A stretch of 64,000 bases of DNA from the IMG/VR virus record IMGVR_UViG_3300042557_000330, positions 9,908-73,907 of that record, one strand, 5' to 3'. The notes beneath the pieces are model-generated. The model did not search any database, was not told the DNA's origin, and was given only the letters and a program-made list of their open reading frames with translations. Positions 29,116 through 39,100 of the stretch are shown piece after piece; position 1 is the stretch's first letter, and every line of letters starts with the position of its first letter. A program made the translations under genes and the position numbers. Origin of the DNA: a virus.

Positions 29116-32100
29116 TTATTTAAATGCTCTTACAATTGAGCTTTGTGAGTATTTTTTCTTCTTTGTTTTTCCACCATTTCTTTCTTGATACATTATATCA
29201 TCTTCGCTTATTGGAGAATATTCATTTTCAGAAACATCTTCTTTTGAATCAATAGATTTTGTTTTGCTTTGTTGTGGAACTTTAGCAGCCTCTTCTTTAG
29301 TAACTGGTTGATATCCAATAATATTTTTACCACTTTTATCATAAACTTTTTTATGAGTAATTTCTCCATTAGGTCCATATATATAAGGAATCTCTGGTTG
29401 AAAAGGAGCGTTCATGTTAATTGCTCTACCAGACTTATCATATCTATAGTTGTATAAGTTTTCATAAACACCTAATGTTCTATTCTCAAGTGCATTCTTA
29501 GCATACTTATCAGATATAGAATTAAGAGCTGCTTGTGCTGTAGCTTTAGTGTTACTCTTAGCTTGTTCTTGTCTTGTATATTGTTGATCATAGATTGCTA
29601 AGTTCTTTAACTCTGCATCATTTAATGTTGCAATGTTTCCAGAATAAACAGCATCCTTCATTCTTTGATTATCTATGAAGTCTTGCTCGTTTAATTGTTG
29701 CATAGGATTGTATGCCTGTGCAGCAATTGCTGCTTGCATAGCAGGATTTCCTTGAGCCATTCTTTGTGCAGCTCTTGTTTGTGCAATTAAATCATTCTTA
29801 GCTGCTTGTCTACTTATATCATAAGGAACTCTTAATTGTGGAGTGTATGGTGTTGCTTGTACAGGTTCTAATTGATTAGTTGACATAGCATACGTCTCTC
29901 CCATTAGTTGTCTAGGATTCAATGCTTCTTGATCCGTAGGTCTTATGTATGGAAGTATTTCTCCAAATATATCTAATAACTTACTTCTTTGATATGGGAC
30001 TGTTTCAAACGTTGCATCATCATCATTGTTATCAGTAGTTGATGTAGATTTAACAGCAGGTGTAGTTAAAGCTTTACCTCTTTGTCTTGATTTAAACCAA
30101 CTTGAATCAGCACTTGCTGTTTGTTCACCAAAATCACCATCGTATTGAATACCTTTTTCACCAAAAGCTCTAGCTAGTTTATTGAATTTACCTTGAAAGT
30201 CATATACATCTTTTTCATCACTAGGGTCAAAATTTTCCCAATCATACCAAGAGTTTTTCTCTTTCATTTTTTCAAACATCTCAGGAGTTACATTTCCATA
30301 TAGTCCTGTTTGTTCATTTCTTTTTTGACCTTTAGGAACCTCTTTCATTGCTGAAACAGATTTTAATTTTTTACCACCACCTTGTGAATTACCAACTGTA
30401 GAATAGTCCAATTTATCTTCTCTTCCTTTTACAACTCTATTTTCTGTATTGTTTACTACTGGTGTATTGTTTACTACTGGTTTGTTTTTTCCTATATACT
30501 TATATCCTTCTGGAGTTAAACCTAAAGCATCAGCTTCAAATTTAGTAGGTATTTTAAAGTTTCCATCTTTATAGAATTTTTCTTTTACATATTTTTTAAC
30601 ATAGTCATCTTTCATATCAGGATCAAAGTCATAACCAATAGAACTATAAGTTGATTGTGGATATTGATTCATCATAGTTACTAATGTCTTATCTATATAA
30701 TTTCTTAAAGTTTTAGGACCAAATTCTTTATTATATTCTTCACCAAACCATTCAGCTCCTTTTCCTTCACTGATAGCATCTTGAATATTCTTAATTGTAT
30801 TAGTATCATACTCAGATAGATCAACTTTTCCATTTTCTACAACTCCATTTTGTGCTTTAGTTAGTTTTGTACCAAACATTGCTTCTCTTATATTCATAGC
30901 TTTTTTATCTTGTTTAACTTTACCTTTTGCAAGATCATCAGCTATCAATCCATATTCTTCTGCTGTCTCATTGATAGCATTTTGTAAATCAGCAGCTTTC
31001 ACTTTCTTATCTGCTATAGATTTAAGTTTCATGTTTCCTCCTTTGATATTTGCTTCTAATGCAGAAAGTTTTAATTTATCAAATGAATTCTTTACATCAA
31101 GACGATCTAACTCATCAGTTGATTTATCAATTAATTTGTTTTGTTTAACTTCTGTTTTAGAAAGATCAGATACATAGTTTTTAAACTTCTTACCTTTAGC
31201 ATTCTTATCTTCTAATAAATCAACACCATATTTAGGAATTTGTAAATTACCATATACAACAAGACTCTCTTCTCCTGAAGATCCATCTTTTAATTTTACA
31301 GCAGGTTCTCCTCTTTCCACTTCTACAGGGTTATCTCCATAAGTTATACCAATACCTGTTTCCCCATTAGGAGAATATTCTTCATGACTCTTTCCTCTAA
31401 ACATTACAGTTTCTCCAGTACCAGGTAGGTATGGATTTTCAGACATAGGTTCAGCATATCCACCCCAATGAGTTTTAAGTTCACCACCCATATCATATGT
31501 TTGCATAGCTCTTTCACTAGGTTCTCTGTAAGCTTTTAAATGTCCACCAGCTCTGAACTCATCTTTATGTGCGTAATCAGCAAAGTCTTGCTCATTCACA
31601 TCACCAAACATTGTAATCACTTGTGGATTATATTCAGGATTCATGTATCCACCATTTTTCATATATGAACCAAATGGTCCTTGTTGTAAAGATTCTCTAT
31701 ATTGAGAAGCAACCATTCTGTTAGTATTAGCTTTTATTTTAGCTTCTGCTTTTCTTTGATCTCTATCATTTGTATCTACCAATCCACCTACAGCTGTTCC
31801 TAATGTTTGTCCAATTGCTGCTCCCATTGGTCCACCAATAGCAAAACCAGCAGCACCACCAAGAGCACCACCTATTTGTCCACCACCATCATTTCCTGTT
31901 AGATTACCAGCAACACTAGAACCTATTCCACCAATAGCTCCCCATGGAGTTCCCCCACTCATTGGAGACATCATATTAGTTGGACTAAACAGTTCTGCTC
32001 CACCGTATGCTTTAGGAAGATATCCTCCCATTCTATATGATTTAATTTGATCTACATTATATAATGGTTCATATTCAAGATCTGTATAGATATCAGTTCC

Positions 32101-32856
32101 TCCTTCATACGTATTCTGTATCTCTGTTGGATTACCACCAACCATTCCTCCATCTTGTAATCTAGCACCATTTCTTGCAAGTACATTTGTACCAACACCA
32201 TATACAGGAAAGAATTCTTCTCCTGTCATTTCAGGCATAAATGCATTTCTTCTTTTTCTTGCATTGTCAGCATACTGTCTTAAATCATCTACATCCTCTG
32301 TTTCAGAAGCTCTTGCTTGCACATCTGTAACCTTTGCCCATCTCTGTGCTTCTTTTTTAGCTCTTCTACCTGCTCTTAAGTTTTGATAACCACCAATCAA
32401 TTGACCAATATAAGGTGCATAAGTATCTAATTTACTACCAAGATTATTTAGTTTATCCATTTTAGTATTAGGACCTCCAGAAGAAGCATATCCAGATTTA
32501 TCATCTGCTAATGTAGAAGCATTAATTGTAGACACACCATTATCAACACCATAAGATTTTAATTGTTCATCAGGTGTAGACATGTTCATATACATCTGAT
32601 TATAATTAGGGGTTTGTTGATAATTAGCCATAGGTATTCCTGGTTGTTTAAACATAGTTCCAGGATAAGACGTTGCACCAACATTGTTCATTGAGTTTAA
32701 ATAATTACTCAGGCCAGCCACTACACCATTCTGAGCTTTCTTAATTGATTTCTTAGCTTCTGGATGAGCTTTGAAGAATGCTGCCTCAGTTGGATATTTT
32801 TTGTAAAATGCTTTCTCAGATTTTACACCTGCAAGTTTTAAGAATTCTGCTTTCAT
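29116..32856 (-). CDS. Cargo/ejection protein (1246 aa) with a glycine-zipper membrane segment and a PG-binding-like motif
   Basis: GGQIGGALGGAAGFAIGGPMGAAIGQTLGTAVGGLV; GKSHE...VEVERGE motif recalled from crAss cargo proteins; DVYDFQ...DGDFGEQT; repeated xxxGG motifs. Confidence 0.65.
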   Translation of the reverse strand: MKAEFLKLAGVKSEKAFYKKYPTEAAFFKAHPEAKKSIKKAQNGVVAGLSNYLNSMNNVGATSYPGTMFKQPGIPMANYQQTPNYNQMYMNMSTPDEQLKSYGVDNGVSTINASTLADDKSGYASSGGPNTKMDKLNNLGSKLDTYAPYIGQLIGGYQNLRAGRRAKKEAQRWAKVTDVQARASETEDVDDLRQYADNARKRRNAFMPEMTGEEFFPVYGVGTNVLARNGARLQDGGMVGGNPTEIQNTYEGGTDIYTDLEYEPLYNVDQIKSYRMGGYLPKAYGGAELFSPTNMMSPMSGGTPWGAIGGIGSSVAGNLTGNDGGGQIGGALGGAAGFAIGGPMGAAIGQTLGTAVGGLVDTNDRDQRKAEAKIKANTNRMVASQYRESLQQGPFGSYMKNGGYMNPEYNPQVITMFGDVNEQDFADYAHKDEFRAGGHLKAYREPSERAMQTYDMGGELKTHWGGYAEPMSENPYLPGTGETVMFRGKSHEEYSPNGETGIGITYGDNPVEVERGEPAVKLKDGSSGEESLVVYGNLQIPKYGVDLLEDKNAKGKKFKNYVSDLSKTEVKQNKLIDKSTDELDRLDVKNSFDKLKLSALEANIKGGNMKLKSIADKKVKAADLQNAINETAEEYGLIADDLAKGKVKQDKKAMNIREAMFGTKLTKAQNGVVENGKVDLSEYDTNTIKNIQDAISEGKGAEWFGEEYNKEFGPKTLRNYIDKTLVTMMNQYPQSTYSSIGYDFDPDMKDDYVKKYVKEKFYKDGNFKIPTKFEADALGLTPEGYKYIGKNKPVVNNTPVVNNTENRVVKGREDKLDYSTVGNSQGGGKKLKSVSAMKEVPKGQKRNEQTGLYGNVTPEMFEKMKEKNSWYDWENFDPSDEKDVYDFQGKFNKLARAFGEKGIQYDGDFGEQTASADSSWFKSRQRGKALTTPAVKSTSTTDNNDDDATFETVPYQRSKLLDIFGEILPYIRPTDQEALNPRQLMGETYAMSTNQLEPVQATPYTPQLRVPYDISRQAAKNDLIAQTRAAQRMAQGNPAMQAAIAAQAYNPMQQLNEQDFIDNQRMKDAVYSGNIATLNDAELKNLAIYDQQYTRQEQAKSNTKATAQAALNSISDKYAKNALENRTLGVYENLYNYRYDKSGRAINMNAPFQPEIPYIYGPNGEITHKKVYDKSGKNIIGYQPVTKEEAAKVPQQSKTKSIDSKEDVSENEYSPISEDDIMYQERNGGKTKKKKYSQSSIVRAFK

Positions 32857-32859
32857 ATT

Positions 32860-35322
32860 TTAATATTTATCTAACCAGCCTCCTGGTTGTTTTGTATTAT
32901 AGTTTGTAAAGTTAGTTATATTATCTAAGTTCTGCAAACCTTTCTGTTCTTGTCTTAATCCATTCTTAGCCATAGGATATTCTGTAACCTTCTCTCCATC
33001 AAATTCATACTCTTCTTCTGGATACATCATCTGTACATCTCCAGTATCTGATACACCTAATACAGGATAAGGTACACCTTGCATTGTTATGTATGGAGAA
33101 TCTATTTCTGTTATCTCTCCTGGGTGAGCCCATTGCCCCATATCATCTTTTATAACTCCTCCTTCTCTCTTTTGATCTAATTGAGAAGCTGCACCTAATC
33201 CTATTGGTAAAACTGCTGGAGCTATTTTACTTACTTCATTTAATAATTTATAATTTTTATCATTAAACTCCATAAAACTATTTAATCTATTTTCTGGTTT
33301 TAATTTTCTAAAATCTTCAATATGTTGTGGAGTTATCTCATCCCATTTATTTTTTAAAATTCCTGAATCTCGCATTCCTTGTCTATACTCTCTAAACATA
33401 GGAAATTTTTCAATCATGTTATCAACATCAGTTCCATATTGTTTATCAGCATTTACAAAATAGTTTTTATTTTTTTGAGGATAATATTTTTTATCTAGTC
33501 CAGTTTTTATTTCTAAATCTTTTAACATTTCATCTACTTTTGTAGGAGCTGTATCTCTAGTAGAATAGTTTGAATGATAGTCTAGAAATTTTTTTCCTGC
33601 TGGTGTTTCTTTCATCATTTGAGCCGCTTTTCTATCAACTCTATCAAGAGTCTTTGGATAAGCTTCTTTCCAGTATTTTGTATCTTGAAAAAAATGACCT
33701 AACTCATGTGCTCCTATTTCATTTGCTGTAAAATTAGGACTAGCAGAATTCATAACTCCACTCATAATTGCTTCTTCTGGAGTCCTACCAGTTTGATTAG
33801 GATTTATATTTATTTCTAAATTATTTGAGCTATAACTACTTGGAACATCTCTACTTAAAGAATATGTCATATTTTTAGATGCTTCTGCAAAAATTTCAGG
33901 ATCTACTCCTAATGCTTCTGCTCTTCTAATGGTTTCTGGATCAGCAAGATCTTCTTTTACCATATCAATAGCTTTTGAAGATTCTTTTAATTTTTTTATT
34001 TTAATTAAAAAATCTTCAGGAAGAGACGGTAGTTCTTCTAGTGTATTTATTCCTGTTGATAAATCTTGTTTAGGAATCTCTATAGGTTTATATCCTTGTA
34101 ACCAATCTTTTTGTAATAATCTACCTTTATCAACTGGTATAGGTTTATCAGCAACTTGACTCCAATTTGTACGTTTGTATCTTTGTCTCCAATTAGCAAC
34201 ATCTCTTGGAACTTCACCTAAATATTGATCACCGTACGTAGCAGCTGTTTTAAACTTAGGTGTAAAATAAGGATTAGTTCCAAAACTTTTATCCATCCTT
34301 AATTTTGTTCCAGGATAAAACTCAGGAACAACATCTTGTTTAGATCTGAATACACCAGAACTAACAGCATCTTCCATACCTTCTTGACCAAGTCCTCTCC
34401 ACATAGTATTCTCTGGAAGATTATATTGATATGCTTTAGGATTTAATCTCCATGCATTAGATAACAAACCTGATTTTTTACTAGCTGCTAATCTTGCAAG
34501 AGCTTGTTCTTTTGTTAAAACTCCTGCTCCTACTAAATTTGCTGGATCTAATATAGCATCTGTTCCCATAGCAAGATAAGGATTTTTAATATTCATAGCT
34601 TCAGAAGGTCTTTGCATTTTATCTGTAAAAGCATACGTAGCAGCTAATTGTGGAAGACTTGTTACAGCAGATATTGGAACTCCAATTGCTGCTTCAAGTG
34701 GACTTGCATCTCTATTTTCTTCTACTATTTTATCTACATACTTTTGCCAAAATCCTTTTTCTTTTGCTCTACCTGCAACTTCTATAGGTGCTAACTCTTG
34801 ATTTATATATGTGTCAGAATCTTCATCGTAGTAAGCAACTCTATTTTCATCATATGCTTTTTTATATTCAGGACTTCCATATATTAGTTTACCATCCTGT
34901 GCACTAGCTTTAGTCTTCTTTGCATAAGGACCATTACTAGGAGCAGGAGATTGTGTACGTGCATATGAGAAACCTACAGCTCCAGGAATAGATGCACCCA
35001 TCTGTGCTTCAGGAACATAGTTAACTGGATAGACAGATCCACCCATTTGAAACTGTCCACCCCATGCAGGAGAATAATCTCTACCTTTGGTATTATATCC
35101 TTCACCTACATATCCTTCTGGTAAAGATACAGAATTATCATTATAATTCTCTTGGTGTTCTTGCATTGTTCCACCATCAGCATAGCTATCTAGCCAACCA
35201 CCATTCTTCATGTTGTTAGAATTATCTCTACCGCACTCATGACATATGTACATATCTTTCTTACTAGAATCAGATTTGTTCCAGGACCAACCGCATGTGC
35301 ATTTTACTTTACCACTACTCAT
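32860..35322 (-). CDS. Polyvalent cargo protein (820 aa): N-terminal Zn ribbon, ART-like domain, HExxH zincin domain, C-terminal beta domain
   Basis: CTCG...CHECG; MWRG...YFT...YLGEV; GAHELGH (33694-33708); C-terminal GQWAHPGEITEI...ITMQGVPYPVLG. Confidence 0.55.
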   Translation of the reverse strand: MSSGKVKCTCGWSWNKSDSSKKDMYICHECGRDNSNNMKNGGWLDSYADGGTMQEHQENYNDNSVSLPEGYVGEGYNTKGRDYSPAWGGQFQMGGSVYPVNYVPEAQMGASIPGAVGFSYARTQSPAPSNGPYAKKTKASAQDGKLIYGSPEYKKAYDENRVAYYDEDSDTYINQELAPIEVAGRAKEKGFWQKYVDKIVEENRDASPLEAAIGVPISAVTSLPQLAATYAFTDKMQRPSEAMNIKNPYLAMGTDAILDPANLVGAGVLTKEQALARLAASKKSGLLSNAWRLNPKAYQYNLPENTMWRGLGQEGMEDAVSSGVFRSKQDVVPEFYPGTKLRMDKSFGTNPYFTPKFKTAATYGDQYLGEVPRDVANWRQRYKRTNWSQVADKPIPVDKGRLLQKDWLQGYKPIEIPKQDLSTGINTLEELPSLPEDFLIKIKKLKESSKAIDMVKEDLADPETIRRAEALGVDPEIFAEASKNMTYSLSRDVPSSYSSNNLEININPNQTGRTPEEAIMSGVMNSASPNFTANEIGAHELGHFFQDTKYWKEAYPKTLDRVDRKAAQMMKETPAGKKFLDYHSNYSTRDTAPTKVDEMLKDLEIKTGLDKKYYPQKNKNYFVNADKQYGTDVDNMIEKFPMFREYRQGMRDSGILKNKWDEITPQHIEDFRKLKPENRLNSFMEFNDKNYKLLNEVSKIAPAVLPIGLGAASQLDQKREGGVIKDDMGQWAHPGEITEIDSPYITMQGVPYPVLGVSDTGDVQMMYPEEEYEFDGEKVTEYPMAKNGLRQEQKGLQNLDNITNFTNYNTKQPGGWLDKY

Positions 35323-36188
35323 TACTTGTAAGATATTTGTGCAGGTGTTAATATAAATTGAGACACTAAATGTGTTGTTGCAGAGTTATCAAGAATGTGT
35401 CTCACCTTTAATTCTTTTGCTCTTATTGTAGCTTTCTTAAAGCTTCTCAATCCATAGTCCATGTTCTCTTGATTCACCACTTTATCTATTGACATAGACT
35501 CACATGATGCTCTAAACAATGGAACTTGAGAACTCTTCTCTAACGCCCAGAATGTATTATACTGATAGAAGTTATCACTCTTAGTGTAAGTGATTGTTTT
35601 ACTATCTGTATTGTATATTGGATACTGTCCGTATGCCTGTAAGTTATTCATAGGCTTAGGAACAAGCTCTAGTATTCCAGAACTCTGTTGTCCGTTATAA
35701 AGAATAGCTTTATTAAACCACTTGTTGTTTGTTTCTATTCTTACATTATCATCAAATACACCATTTGGAACAGCAAGATATTCGTATGCTTTAGTGTAGT
35801 CTTTTACATTCTGCAAGATTTCATCTTGATATTGATATGCAAAAGGATACTCTATGATGTAAGGTCTTATGTTTCCATAGAAATAGTTGTATAATTGAAT
35901 GTTTGTTAAATGTCTCCACAAACAAGCTGTCTTACTTTGTTGATAAGATAGATCAGAATATTCTATAAAGTTAATTTCTGTTAATGAAAAAGATTTTTCA
36001 AATGAACATTCACCTACCGATTTAATAATTATAGCTGTCACTTTATTATCAACCATATATGTTTTACCTTTAATTAAAAGTCTTCTACTTACATTTTCTT
36101 CAAGTAGATTCCCATAATTATCGTAAACATTGAAAGGTCCTGCATTAGGACCTGTCTGTGTTAATTTTATTGTTATTTCTCTTTTCAT
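35322..36188 (-). CDS. C-terminal part of the tail stabilisation/muzzle protein, encoded as a separate gene (probable start MKREITIK, 288 aa)
   Basis: TAATG overlap with the upstream stop at 36188; LWRH...YNYFYG...PYIIEY...WFNKAILYNGQQSSGIL resembles the C-terminus of crAss stabilisation proteins. Confidence 0.6.
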   Translation of the reverse strand: MKREITIKLTQTGPNAGPFNVYDNYGNLLEENVSRRLLIKGKTYMVDNKVTAIIIKSVGECSFEKSFSLTEINFIEYSDLSYQQSKTACLWRHLTNIQLYNYFYGNIRPYIIEYPFAYQYQDEILQNVKDYTKAYEYLAVPNGVFDDNVRIETNNKWFNKAILYNGQQSSGILELVPKPMNNLQAYGQYPIYNTDSKTITYTKSDNFYQYNTFWALEKSSQVPLFRASCESMSIDKVVNQENMDYGLRSFKKATIRAKELKVRHILDNSATTHLVSQFILTPAQISYK

Positions 36189-39100
36189 TATATCGTAGTA
36201 GTTGTAGTGGTAGTTGGACAATCAATTACATCTGTACAAGGATCTCCACATGCTTCTATAAATATGTAACCTTCTTCTTCAGATACAGAATATATTGATT
36301 CAAACTGAGCACATAAAGTAATTGAATAATCATCTACATCGTATTTCTCTAATTCATTAAGTGTACCTGTTCCATCAACCCAGAACAATGTTAAATCACC
36401 ATACATATAAACTGTGTAACAGAATGTATTAGGAACAAATGTTGTAGTGGTTGTTGTAGTGTTACAATCGTATATTCCAACTACCATACCATCTTCAATT
36501 TCATAAACTATTCCTTGGACAGAACTTTCATCTGTAAAATAGAATCCATTAGGAACGTATGTACAATCTGTAGAAGTAGAATCAAGATAAACAAAATCAC
36601 CTATTTCTAAAGTGTTGTATTGAATTGTAATTGTATTAATTTCTACATAATCATATGTATCAAGACTCATCAAATATGCAATTCCTGCACAAGCATCTCC
36701 TAAACTACCTGTTGTAATAACTTCAGGACCACAGCTTTCTATATATCCTGTAACAAACTCTGATGAATTAGGAACATTACTTCTTTGGCAAATTGTAGTT
36801 GTTGGTGTAGGAGGGACAGTAATTACTGCTTCTCCTTCTAAATCACAAAATATTTCAATAGCAGTTCCTTCTATTGTACAGTCAAGTGGAATCATTGTTG
36901 TACTTGTTGTTGTTGTAGTTGGTATAAATGGAGTGGTGGTTGTTGTAGTTGTAGGAATCACTCTATTAATTTCTCCAACAAATGCTTGAAATGTAGCTTC
37001 TCCATTTACAGAATCACAACATCCATTAAGTCCTGAATAGAAGAAATTATTTTCTGCTATATAGAAATTAGGAACGTAGCTATGGAAAGAAATCCAAGAT
37101 TTAGTATTGAAATTAAATGACATAGTCCAAGACTTGTTACAGAAGAACTCTGAATCATCTAAATAAACTTGATCTCTTAACACTAAACCATTAATTACAT
37201 TTTCTAAATAAAACTCTTTGGTTACACTATCATACTTGATTTCTTTATCTAAAGGAATATAATCTAGTTTCGTAATAATAACTCTATCAAACTTACTATC
37301 ATATACTCCGTGTAAACCAATTCCATTGAAGTTGTTATCAACATTTACATCTGGAAAATAACGTAAGATTTCAAATGATAAATGGTCTGTCATGAATCTA
37401 TTTACACCAGAACCAAATGCTGTTAAATCTACAGCCTCTGTTCCTGATATAAGAAATATCTGCCCACGTTTAGCATCAACAGTTACTTGTCCTTGAGGAA
37501 TCTTTAATAAGAACTTATTCTGTGTTCCTACATACCCAAGATCTGTTTCAGCAAAATCAATTGGAGGATTCTCAAACATTCTAGGATTACCTACATAAGC
37601 TGCTTGTGGATTACTTGTATCAATTGTCAATAAACTATTATATAACAATGACTTGTTTTCAAATCTAGCTAATATAGCTCTATTCTGAATACCATCTAAT
37701 GATACAAGGTTTCCATAGTTTTGTGGAAAATCATAGTATGAAAGAGCTCTGTATATCAACCAGTTATTAACTGTATTGTTTTCATCTGTAAACTGCTTCT
37801 CAGAATAGATAGTTCTAAATGGAAAAAATGTAGCACATTCAGATTGCCAATCATCAGGAAGGTTTGTAAATAAATTTTCTTTATTTTGTTTTGAGAATGT
37901 TACATTATAGAAATATGTATTGTCTTGTTCAATAGGAACAAAAGATTGCTGTACCCAATCATCAGGAATACTTGTTGATACATGTGGCCAGTAATCACCT
38001 TCTCTATTATTAAATGCTTGTCTAAGATCTAAGTTATATGAACTCTCACAATAGAAACTAGGTACACCATATGCAAACATATAAAAATATCCATCATAGT
38101 AAGTTAATTCACTTGGAGAATTAGAACTAGTATATTCTTCTGTAGCATTAGGGCAATCAAAGTTATTTGCTTTGTGTGAAATAAGATTCACCATCACAGT
38201 ACTAACTGAAGAAACATTTGATAATATAGATCTTGCAGAATGCCAGTATTTTGGATATGCAATATTTCCTATAGCATCATAGAATACATCTGAGTCATCA
38301 GGAGCATTCACTCTATTTTCTAAAAAGAAAGGAAGTTTAGTTTTAAATGCAAATCTAGAGATGAATGTATCTCCTCCAAATATAGTTTGTTTCATAGGAA
38401 TACTAGGAGAAAAAATAACTTGAAATCCTGTATCTACTTTAGTATAAGAATATATTTGACCCCATTGAGCTAATGAAATATTTTTTAATGATCCATAATA
38501 AGAAACAACATTTATATCTTGTTGTCTTTGTGGTGTAGAACATGATCTAGTCTCTCCTATTGTAAATCTAGAATAGTCTTCAATTAAAGAGTTTCCAAGA
38601 TACATTAAAGAGTCAGTTTTACTAGGGAATGGTAATGTTGTATTTGTTTTTAAATAAACAGAAGTTTCTCTGTTAAAGTTATTTATATTATTATCATCTC
38701 CAACATTTTGTACACCAGGAATTAAATATCTTTTTATATCAAGATTTCTTTGTTTGATTCCTAAGTTGTTATCAATATCAGAAGAATATCCATATGTTGC
38801 AATAGAGTTGAATGAGTATGCAAAATTCTTTCTAGTTATACCATTAACATATATTTCTAAATAAGCTTGGTATGCAGCAAATATTGCACTTACATTACTA
38901 CCTCCTATAGAAACTGAACTTTGAAAAGCAACGTTTTGTACTTCTTTAGTAATAAGTCTATACTTAGCATTGTCTCTCACTTCAACAAAATGCGCTCTAC
39001 CACCACCATACATTACATTCTCAAGTTTTAATATATCACCTAAGAATGGTTGTCCAAATGATGTTTCAGGAGAATTAAATACTTGTCTTAATTGATCTTT

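Noticed and set aside
30444-30480. 18-nt tandem duplication encoding PVVNNT twice
   Set aside because: Simple slippage in a linker; no sign of function
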